Assembly: GCA_026023565.1 (NCBI GenBank)
Contig: JAPETS010000035.1
Location: 62,001-126,000, forward strand
Origin: Cirrosporium novae-zelandiae
Lineage: Eukaryota
Length of the DNA stretch: 64,000 nt
Direction: 5' to 3'
Position numbers and translations under genes: made by a program. Below, in pieces: positions 1 to 9,975 of this stretch. The notes under the pieces were generated by a model. It did not search any database. It saw only the letters and a program-made list of their open reading frames with translations, and was not told the DNA's origin. Position 1 is the stretch's first letter. Every line of letters starts with the position of its first letter.

Positions 1-45
1 TAGAGAGAGGTATTCATCATCTTTAGATAGTCGTAATATCAATAG

Positions 46-1209
46 TTATCCTTTCTCTCTTAACTTGGCTAGGGCTGCCTCAATGCCCTGGCTCATACTC
101 TCCTCCTCCCTTGCTGGCTTCTTGGGCTTTTCACCCGGTATAGTTGGTTGTGATCTCGAGGAACTTGCCTCAATCTCTGCGGCAGCCATGGCCGCAAGTT
201 CATCTTCTTCGGGGCCCCATGGGGATTCTTCTGCAGCCCGCTTAGGGGATCTCCTCCCCACCTCTGACTGCACTGACGTTGCGGGTGTCCCGCTCCCACT
301 CTTGCCCTTGATATTCTCTCTTGCTGGTACAGAGGAAATTGGAATAATATTTAACCGCCTTCTTTTTGTTCCTTCTTTAGCGGTCTCGAGGTTCGTTTCC
401 TCGCCTGATTTGCCTGCTCTTCTGACTCTAAACGGTTCTCTTACCGTATTGCACCATCTTACCACCTTGACCTCACCCCACCCCTCCAGCAAGCCAATCT
501 CTTCTTTGCCTGCATTAACGGCCGCCTTGATACTTCCGAATGCACCAACCAAGCCTACCGCATCTGTTTTATTCACACCCCTTGGGCCCGTAACAAATTC
601 TATCAGTCGTTCCGCATAGGTACCACCATCGTGCTTACGGATGCTGCCTGGCCCTGCATTCTCAAAGCTTTTGTAAAGCTCTAGATATCTTCCTGCTTCC
701 GTAGCACTCCAGCATAGTATTAGGGTTAGATCATTGACCAGCCCAGTCTTGGCCAATTCTCTCAGCGGGTCCTCATGGTTCTCGATGTCGACGAGGACCA
801 ATAATATTCGGAGGTTATATGTATGTCCTAACACTCGTATTCTTGAATATATGTATTCTGGGTGCAAGCGGTGATATTTCAGGGAAAGAAACAAAGCGCA
901 CGTCGTTGCACCAAGTACGTAGTCGGCGGGGATCGACGCCCATTCCCAGGGAATATTATGGATGTGCGAGAGAATTGGGTTACCCTTCTGGCGCGTTGAA
1001 ACGAGTATGGAGGAGCCTAGAGGGCGTTGGGGAAGCTTCTGAGGTGTGGGTTGCTGGATTTTGGGACCGGCGGAGGAGCTGGAGGGGGCAGCAGAAGGAC
1101 GGGATAGAATCTTAGCTGGAGGGATTGATTTTGGAGTAGTAGAGGCTTTTTCGGCGACTGTGAAGGCAGCAGCAAGAGATGCATCGTCACCATAGTCGTC
1201 ATCCATCAT
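46..1209 (-). CDS. RAD10: DNA repair endonuclease subunit Rad10/ERCC1/Swi10
   Basis: 387-aa single ORF with ERCC1 central-domain motifs (ILVSTRQKGNPIL, DYVLGATTCALFLSLKYHRLHPEYIYSRI, WSATEAGRYLELYK) and HhH-like C-terminal part (GVNKTDAVGLVGAFGSI, GWGEVKV). Confidence 0.95.
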   Translation of the reverse strand: MMDDDYGDDASLAAAFTVAEKASTTPKSIPPAKILSRPSAAPSSSSAGPKIQQPTPQKLPQRPLGSSILVSTRQKGNPILSHIHNIPWEWASIPADYVLGATTCALFLSLKYHRLHPEYIYSRIRVLGHTYNLRILLVLVDIENHEDPLRELAKTGLVNDLTLILCWSATEAGRYLELYKSFENAGPGSIRKHDGGTYAERLIEFVTGPRGVNKTDAVGLVGAFGSIKAAVNAGKEEIGLLEGWGEVKVVRWCNTVREPFRVRRAGKSGEETNLETAKEGTKRRRLNIIPISSVPARENIKGKSGSGTPATSVQSEVGRRSPKRAAEESPWGPEEDELAAMAAAEIEASSSRSQPTIPGEKPKKPAREEESMSQGIEAALAKLREKG

Positions 1210-1705
1210 TTAAGGTGTTTGTTGACTCGGTGGATAGCTATTCGTTAGTATATAGTCTAGTAGAAGTCGCTTACATATGAAGTGTGAAGCTATGTAAGCG
1301 GAAGTGAAATCATTGTTGGGTGCATTGTCTTCCACGACGAAAAACTACATCTCCTTCAACCCTGATGTGTATTACTTTTGAATGCACCTAGTCTATACTT
1401 ATATTATTTGCTGCTATGAGCACTTATATACAACCCAAAAATGTACTCGGTATATGACAACGGTTCCAATTAAGATCCAACCTGAACAATGCTTCTACCA
1501 GCACCCTACGACGGACAGATGCCTTTAAGCCATCATTTCATTTGTACTATACGTTTCTTGAGCTAATTTTTTTTACTGTTCACTTGCTATCATTGATATT
1601 CCTTGAGGTGTCTTTTTAGAGGTAGATAGGCTAAAAAAGCCACTGCCACATTGTTGTAAATATCAATGTAACGGACATCTTGACCTCGAGCCCTCCTATA
1701 ACGCC

Positions 1706-3550
1706 CTAATTCCACGTGCGCCGTCTATTTCCCAAAATTATCATGAATTTGGGTTTGGGTTCCACATAGTTAGACACCACGCTGCCATTGGCACGCCTTG
1801 CTCCATTGAAGGGAACAATAACGCGAGACATTCTTCCGACAACCCACCAAGCTCCATCGGTAGCTCGGCATACTTCAAACCACCTAAACAATTTCCCAGT
1901 TGGTCCAGCGGATAGTTTTGTATCATCAGGCCCCAGGTAAATGTACTCGCCTTGCCTTGGCCTTGATGGGGATGCATAGTAAGTGATTTTTGTGCCAGGC
2001 GTTCTGATGGTGATGACATTGTCATCATCCCCAGAGAAATCGATGGAGATGCTCTCTGTTGTAACCATTCGACAGGCGGATAGTGGTTGATGAGGAGTAG
2101 AATCAGGAGAAGTGACTATAGTGACGTTTTTGAAGTTCGAGAGACTGTCTATTGTGCAATCCCTAAGAGTAGTGTCACACACATTTGCAATATTTTTGAT
2201 CATGCAACCACGGAAGCCCCCCTTAGAGACCCCACGAACTGAGCTTATAGCACAGTCAAAGAATCCTGCTTCTGCAACATTCTTAGCCGAATATATGGTG
2301 CAGTTTGATATGCTTCCATTTCTATAACCATCAACTGTTCTGACAGTTCCGTTGACGAGCATACTACGAGACATGTTGTTCACGGTATTTATGATACAGT
2401 CATTGATAGCTAACTTCGTTCCGTTGGTGATAGCCCGGATAGTGCATTTCTTGAACACCGAGTCTGCAGTGTTGAGGATGACATGGTTTGTGCAGCTCTC
2501 GAACTCACTCTCCTTAATATCCTTGGCGTCTATTGTAGTAGATTGCTTCAACTTGCTTTTGGAAAGAGCCTTTAGGCGTTGGATCATGCAAGTTTCAAGA
2601 ATACTATCACTCAGGCCATAGATGTCCTTGACAGAACACTCGATCAATGTCTGGCTATTTTGCATCTCGATGGAGTCAATATTAGAACCGGAGATTGCCC
2701 AGGGAACCTTGTCGCCAGCGCCACTCTGATCTTTTGACCATCCCTTGTCATTCGAGGTATCTCTAGTAGATATGACGTCTTTACTAGGTACCTTAGAGTG
2801 CCTGTCCATGCCCAAATTTAGCTGGTCCAGGGTTAGGTCCATGGCCTTTTTATCTTGTTCCTGACTCTTCAACCTCTTGGTGTCTTGAACTTGCTTCTCC
2901 TTCTCTACCACATGTTCGTGGAATTCTTGGTCACTCATCTTGAGCACCAGTTCAGGATCCAAGTTCAGGTACTTGGACCACTCTATGAGGCCTGGATCTG
3001 GCGGCAGGGGACTTGGTGTCCTAGTCCTATCTTTTGGTTGCTGTGTGTGTTGCTGTATGTCATTTTGATCGGTGGGAGGAGGTTCTGACTCGTCGTCTGA
3101 AAAAGAAATCAACGGTTCGGACTCCTCAATTGCTGAGGACTTGGATGGTTTCGGAACGGGTTCCGCAAGAATGGAGCTACCTGGTTTTCCAATAGGATCC
3201 TTGGCTGGTGTTGGAGTGCTATGAACTATCTTAAGGATTTCCTCATCCCATGTTGAAGCGCGGTGCGCTGTATTTGCAAAAGGCCGTGAACAAGATTTTT
3301 GACCAGAATTCTTGATACCTTGAAAGGATCTGGCTGCATACGCAGCCTTCCTCGTATATTTGATGTTCCTTTTCTTTCTTACAACTTCAAGGCTTGGTTC
3401 GAATTCCAGTGGATCTTTCATCTTGATCACGAAGGCTATTTTTGGCAAGGTAAATAAAGGTGTAAGTAATAAGGTGTTGAAACGTGTTGTCGTGAGATGG
3501 ATTGAAATCGAAGCTGAGAGAAAATGCTGAGAATGAAGAAGCGGGTGCAT
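1706..3550 (-). CDS. Hypothetical protein with Cys-ladder beta-solenoid (16-aa repeats)
   Basis: 614-aa uninterrupted ORF; true start may be the Met near 3421. Repeats of [FIL]xxC[TAM]Ixx[IV]xN at an exact 16-aa period in the C-terminal half. Confidence 0.7.
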   Translation of the reverse strand: MHPLLHSQHFLSASISIHLTTTRFNTLLLTPLFTLPKIAFVIKMKDPLEFEPSLEVVRKKRNIKYTRKAAYAARSFQGIKNSGQKSCSRPFANTAHRASTWDEEILKIVHSTPTPAKDPIGKPGSSILAEPVPKPSKSSAIEESEPLISFSDDESEPPPTDQNDIQQHTQQPKDRTRTPSPLPPDPGLIEWSKYLNLDPELVLKMSDQEFHEHVVEKEKQVQDTKRLKSQEQDKKAMDLTLDQLNLGMDRHSKVPSKDVISTRDTSNDKGWSKDQSGAGDKVPWAISGSNIDSIEMQNSQTLIECSVKDIYGLSDSILETCMIQRLKALSKSKLKQSTTIDAKDIKESEFESCTNHVILNTADSVFKKCTIRAITNGTKLAINDCIINTVNNMSRSMLVNGTVRTVDGYRNGSISNCTIYSAKNVAEAGFFDCAISSVRGVSKGGFRGCMIKNIANVCDTTLRDCTIDSLSNFKNVTIVTSPDSTPHQPLSACRMVTTESISIDFSGDDDNVITIRTPGTKITYYASPSRPRQGEYIYLGPDDTKLSAGPTGKLFRWFEVCRATDGAWWVVGRMSRVIVPFNGARRANGSVVSNYVEPKPKFMIILGNRRRTWN

Positions 3551-5502
3551 AAGAAGTGGAAGATTAGTCTATTAAATAATCGAGCGAGAAACAGAGCAAG
3601 CCATTATTTTCCGTCTTCATATGTTCCGGACCAGGCTCTTTTCACTTCAGGCAGTGAATTGTTGTAAGGGTTTCCCAAAGACTTATAGCCATTCAAAATG
3701 TGTTAATGTAACAATAGACAAGGAAATCAAAGTATCAATACCACCAATGAGTGATCTTATATCTCATCACTTTACGGTCGATATATATTCCCACAAGTAT
3801 AATGGGGGGCAAACAGAGCTTGTTCTGATGCAATAAGCTCCTTTTTATGAACACTTTGTTTTATGTCATAACTTAGCATTGCACCTGAGAACAAAACATT
3901 GATAGCCTAGGATTGCTAGCTGTGTTTGCTAATGCAATCGGCTAGGCACACTGGCAACTAAGCTGAGGTATCTACACCTCTCAGATAAATAACTAGAGGT
4001 GGTACCGACTAGATACTATATCTAACACATGATGGTTCAAAGGATACCCCAGCATCTTGAGGTTATGTAAGTTTCCGATGCTGTTAAAATGGATGTAAAA
4101 GGTTCAAGTGATGGATGATTATCTATCTTGGATTGATTCTCTTAGCCTGTCTGCTTTGCTATACTCTTATTGATAGGCTGAATACTTTATATAAATGATA
4201 GTTGCCCTATTTCAAAACGATATACCAAGGACGGGCTAGCTGTTAAGAAGTATTAAAGATCTGAGCGGCTTGGCTATAGTGTATCTTTACCGAGAGAACT
4301 TGCTAAATAGAGATGTCTGAAGATAATCAGATGCAAAAGAGCATATCAAAGCAACTTGTATTGATCACAGCCAAGAGGTGTTTGAAGCCATTTATATTGA
4401 TAGGGATTTGTGTTAATTATTACAAAATAAAGCTTAGAGGAACATACAACAAAACTCTGAATCACTGAGCCGAACAAAGTGATGGAGCTTAAAAATGGAG
4501 ACTAGTGAATTAAATCCTCTACTCCTTTTCTATTGTTCCCTATCCCAACATAATTTTATATATCTACACCTTATTGAACTGATTAGATAATAAATTAGAC
4601 TAAAGTTGGTTAGCTTCGAGTAGTAGTCACATGACATAATTACCAAAGTACTGTGATTTTGTGTATGGTTCTTTATTAAATTTATCCAAAATATTCTAGT
4701 TATACTATCTAGTCTTGGCACGGCATCTTCCGAGATCCTTAACAGAAACCACAGTACCTCCCCTTTTGTTACTACAATGCTACTGATAATTAGAATCACC
4801 CATCTCATAAAGGTTGCTTAATGATTCCCATTTTTGATTCCTAAGCATCCAAAAGACTAGCTAAGAATGTGTCTATTTAACTTTCACTACCTTCTTCTAC
4901 CTTTCGCCTTTGGGGGCAAAGAAGGCAAACGATTGAGAATATACATTACTATCCCGCGATTTGAAATATAAGTTACAAACAAACATGGTTCTATGCCACG
5001 CGGAGAGAAAGCGTTGGCCTATGCCGCGTTTGTATTTCAGAAATTTCTCTTGAAATATGGTGCGCTCGCGAGGTATCTTTTGGGCCTTGCCTAATGCATG
5101 ACGAATGGTTGCACGATTGTCTATTTACCGTTTGTTATAAGGCATTATATTGGTAGATCGTGGGGAAGAGGAACCATCAGGCGACCGGTAAAGGCGATTT
5201 CGGCGGCGTCACTGTGGCATAAATGGATAAATCGCACTTTTGAAGCTTTGGGGTGTAAATGACTGCAGCTAATCATGGTTATTTATTGGAACTTAGAACC
5301 GTACTGAATGTGATACAGTGAATCACCGGATTTACCACAAACTGTTTAAATACCTGCCTTGACTACACTTCCATTTCTCTTCTTCATATATTCTATCTAC
5401 ACTACCCATCTTTTCCATCACTATCATCAACGATATTTTCTTTCTCGATACCTTTATTTACTACGAATATCTCGTTAATAGATTAAAGATATCATCATCA
5501 CG

Positions 5503-6342
5503 ATGCTTTCAACTATCACTTACCGTCGCCTTGGTTTCCAGGCCCTAAGATCCTTTCGTAAGAGTCCAGGTGTTGCTCCCAGGACCACCTCCCCCACCAT
5601 CACTACCCGTTCCCACATCAACCACTCCCGCTTTCTAGGCGCATTTCCCACACGCAACATTTCCTTGTTTCGTTCAACCCATCAGGCCAGAGGAGGCCTC
5701 TGTACATGTGGCCTGCACAAACCTGGGTACTGCTCATGCGGCATCAATATAGTACATACTCTGACAGGCAAAACTCACAGTCTTCGAAATACTAGTTCTT
5801 TCATCCAGCTGCAATCTAAATGGAAGACCGTCCATTTCTCAACCAGCAAAGAATCTGTCCCTCCGATGATATTTCCTTCGGCGCTGGATTTTGTATACGA
5901 GGGCGAAGATCCAGCCAACCCATTCGTCAGCAGCGAGGGGTTACCGACTACCGTCGATAATGGAGGTGACTTCAAGAACCAACATCCGAACACCACACCC
6001 ATGACCTTCCCATCCTCCCTAGACTATGTATACGAAGACAGCCATTCCAGCGACACCCCTCCCAACCTCGACGACCCCCCTGGTCCTGACGGTGGTGACG
6101 CCTGCTCAGACACCAAAAACAAAACCATCACCATGATATCCACACTAAAGTATCCATCCGCATTATCCTTGTATGGCCCAGAACGAAGCGAAATCCCTCC
6201 TATTGCAAACTTCTGCTCTCTCAGCCCCTCCAGCCAACCGCAGAAAGAACCCAGCACCATCACAACATCCATACCAAAGATACTCTCCTCCATAGAGCTA
6301 GACGATGCAGATCAAATCGCTAAATCACCCGAAACACAATAA
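5503..6342 (+). CDS. Hypothetical protein, possible mitochondrial presequence, internal FPS[AS]LDxVYE repeats
   Basis: 279-aa ORF; Arg/Ser/Thr-rich acid-free N-terminus; CTCGLHKPGYCSCG motif; three related internal motifs. Confidence 0.55.
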   Translation: MLSTITYRRLGFQALRSFRKSPGVAPRTTSPTITTRSHINHSRFLGAFPTRNISLFRSTHQARGGLCTCGLHKPGYCSCGINIVHTLTGKTHSLRNTSSFIQLQSKWKTVHFSTSKESVPPMIFPSALDFVYEGEDPANPFVSSEGLPTTVDNGGDFKNQHPNTTPMTFPSSLDYVYEDSHSSDTPPNLDDPPGPDGGDACSDTKNKTITMISTLKYPSALSLYGPERSEIPPIANFCSLSPSSQPQKEPSTITTSIPKILSSIELDDADQIAKSPETQ

Positions 6343-8407
6343 TCTACCTACCATAGCCCCTTAGAACAATATTAGAATAATATCGCATTGGGATTCTAGG
6401 CGTGCGTGCGGCTTTTCTGGATATATCATATTAATAGGTTTAGAAGGATAGGATAGAATAGGACATGACTATGATATGATATGACATGAAATGAGGATAT
6501 TGTACCTACCTAGCAAATAAATAAAATAATTCAGAAAGGGATTTTATCTTTCTCTCTCTCTCTCTCTCACACACATATATACACATAGGAACCACAATGG
6601 TGTGTATAAATAATCCAAATCAATCAAATTCTTTCTTCTCGTGATACTCTTCTCTGAGCTCCTTCCGAGTCCCAAGCAAATATCTATACGGTCGGTGGTC
6701 ATAGATCATCGTTCTGTAACCCTTTCAAAGGGTTTGTAGAAAAACAGGATCCGTGGTTATGGTTATAGTTTTTCGCCTTTCCCTAATCCTTCATCCTTCC
6801 ATTCTCCTCATTTATATATAAATAAGTATATAAATACCCAGAACTAAAAACCAAAATTCTATAAGTTGGGTGCTGCCCCCCCCTTGTCCCCCCGAAAGGC
6901 CTAATCCTATTTTCAAAGTCTCCGAAGGCTTTAACCCTAAAACTTTGGAAATTTCAAAATCCCGAAAAGCTTATATACCAAGTACCAACTATCTATACTG
7001 TACTGTTATACCTAGATACCTAGGGGCATTACCTATCTACCAACAAGCCGACATGATAGCATAAACGACTTGACGGCATACTCAAGTTAAAAAAAAAAGA
7101 AAAAGTGCCTATTGCCATCTCATCCCATACCCCTCCTTTCATACTTTTTCGTTTTTTTTTTAAATTAAGAATAAAGTTTGGGATTATAGAAACTACTACA
7201 AGTAGGAAGTAGAAAGTAATTAAGGGTTATTTATTTTTGGGATTATGGACGGTGGTGGTTAGGGTTGGGAGGTAGATATGTACGGGGTTTTGGTTGATGG
7301 AATAGGAATGGGCATGGGCATGGGAGGGGGGAAAGGGAGGGAAAAAAGGGGGGGGTTTATGGATTAGATAGACTATATGATATGATATACTACAAGGATA
7401 ATGAATGACTCATCCATAAGGCTGTAATTAAAATAACATACTCTATCCAATATCTAATATCCAACATAGCAAAACTTAAACATGTTCCCCCCTTCCCCCT
7501 TTGCTTGAGGTTTTTCCTTCTCCCTCCCTCTCTCTCTCTCTCTCTCCCGCATATACCTTTCCCCTACTCTCCCCTATACGTACATGTACATATAGATACG
7601 AGGTTCTAGCGCTATAGGCCGAGGGTTATTTTCCCCTTTAAGCTTTAAGTTTCATATATCATTCCATCTACCCTGATTTGATTTCTTTCTTTCTTTCAGA
7701 ATGTTGGAATGTTGGAATTCTAGCTACCTAGGTAGGTATGCAGTAGATGGGTTAAAAGGATTGAAAATTCTGGTATTTGGGTTAGGTGGAGTGGAATGGA
7801 TGGGTGGTGGGTGGGTAGGTTGGCATTATTGGGGTCGTTGGTATCTTGGATTTTAGGGTGGTTGGGAAGGGGAGGGGGGGGGATGTTTCGTATTGGGGAT
7901 GGGGAGTGTGAGGGTGAGGTTGACGGATTTTGTTGATGGGGGTAATGGGTATATGACGGAGAGATTGGAATGTTTGGAGTTGGGTGTTGGAGCTTTTTTT
8001 TTTTGGAAAGGGGGAGGTATATATGAGAATTTTTGGAGACCTTATTGGGGGAGATGATATTTGGTTATTAGTTTGAAGTGAACCGAGATTGTTTAGAATT
8101 TGATTGGGGAATGATGATGATTTATTCTATTGTCTGCATGTTGCTTCTATGTGGTTCGGGCATATTAATTTTTTTTTTTTTAGATTTTAGTGTTTCATTG
8201 TGCACATCGCTGGTTATGCAATAATCGGGGCCATTATTATAGCCTCGACTTAGGCATGTAGTAATCTTTGGTGATTGTTGCTTAGCTAGATGGTATTCCA
8301 TTTGCGAGAAAATTGGGCCGTCGTACCTTTTTCAAGAGCTACAGCGGCCTATAAGCTGAGTAAAGCCCCTAATAAATATTTTGTTGTTGTTCGACAAGAA
8401 TCTGTAC

Positions 8408-9115
8408 TTAGGTAAAATAAAGTTTTTCTCCTTGGGGTGTTGTGTTATTCCCAAATAGCTCTTTTATAGAGTTGTGTTTCGATATCTGCTTTTTTTGGCC
8501 CGTGCTCGACAGAATGTACATGCGGAGCTCATCTGGAAGCTCGAGGGATCGTATAATCTCGTGCCCGGTCATTTTGGGTGTGAGGACCGCGCCGATATCC
8601 ATACTGTGGTTGTGTACTTTGATGGTGATAGTGATGTGGTACAGAAATGGTGGGAGGATCAAGGCTTCGTTGGGCCCAACTGGCGGTTGGACTTGAGAGT
8701 CCTGGTTATGGAGGATTATAACTTGAAGGGACTGGTAATTTGGAAGGTTGCTGGGTGGAATGCAAGAAGGCGGTGGCCTGCGGTGACGAGGACGGGGTTG
8801 GCGATGGCGTCCTTGTCGAGATGGTTCAAAGTGCAAATTTTGAGAGTGAGGTTGTTGAGGGAGGCGGTTATAGGGGTGTTGCCAAGGGCCGTAACCTTGA
8901 ATATTAAGATATTCATTGGCACGATAGTAAGGATGCTGCCAGGGCTGATAGATTGGATAGTTAGGACGGGGCTCGCGATCCGTATGATGACGATGTTGGC
9001 CTGAATGATTGTATTGATGTTGGCCATGGGTATGGTTATATTGACGATTCTTATCGTATTCTGGACGGAGAGAAAGGTGTGGACCTTTGCGCGTTCCGAA
9101 TTTCCACCACGCCAT
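8408..9115 (-). CDS. Hypothetical His/Gln/Tyr/Pro-rich protein
   Basis: 235-aa ORF with AAAATGG start context; low-complexity N-half with duplicated PWQHPY and a globular-looking C-terminal ~80 aa. Confidence 0.55.
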   Translation of the reverse strand: MAWWKFGTRKGPHLSLRPEYDKNRQYNHTHGQHQYNHSGQHRHHTDREPRPNYPIYQPWQHPYYRANEYLNIQGYGPWQHPYNRLPQQPHSQNLHFEPSRQGRHRQPRPRHRRPPPSCIPPSNLPNYQSLQVIILHNQDSQVQPPVGPNEALILPPFLYHITITIKVHNHSMDIGAVLTPKMTGHEIIRSLELPDELRMYILSSTGQKKQISKHNSIKELFGNNTTPQGEKLYFT

Positions 9116-9975
9116 TTTGATATCTCAAGGTATGCGATTGATAGAAGGGAAAAGGACGATTGTGCTTATAGTATTGCAATTACAATAGAGAAAAACAGAA
9201 ATTTCATAAATATTTTGAGATAGGAAAGGGTCTCATGATATACATCAAGACAACCAAGCAAACACTAGAATGAGAAATAGCAAACGTAATAATATCATAA
9301 TTCTATAGCACTTCAAACAACTCCTTAGGGAGGGTGTTGATTGTGGAAATCTGACTGTTTGGTTTTCATATGCAAAAGCAAGAGGCAAACGCAAAGCATT
9401 GTTGGTAAAGAGATGCAATATCAAACCAGCAGATATTAGAAAGACTGATACTGCTAAGAATCTAGATAAGGTGATGTTGGTGTTTGAGTGGCAAGGCTAG
9501 GTAGGTTGGCTTGAGGAGGGAAACAATGGCATTCAGGAACCAAAAATAGAATACAAAGAGATGATAATGTTTCTTTGAGAGAAGCAAACAATTAGTTTTT
9601 GATTTCATAATTATAATTCTTTAATTGATGATTTGGCATTGTGCAGTCCCTTGTGGTGTTGAAAGAGGGGTGGGAGAAGTGGGAGAAGTGGGAGAAGATC
9701 TTTGTTCCGGCCGATGATTGCCTTAGACCCGCCAGTCGGCGTAGCGTCATTGTCCTACAAGTCGAGAGAAGTCGAGGACAAGGGTTTGATTGTTCTTGTC
9801 GCGAGTTCGCGAATGTTTGAGATGGAAACTATATAGATCTCATACATCCTTCTCGCTCCATAATGCTCAATCATTTGTATTTGACTTGCAGCCCCGAATT
9901 CTTAAACATTATTCAATACCATTTCCATTTCCACTTTTCCCTTCCACACCTACACCGATAGCTATCTCCACCGAG

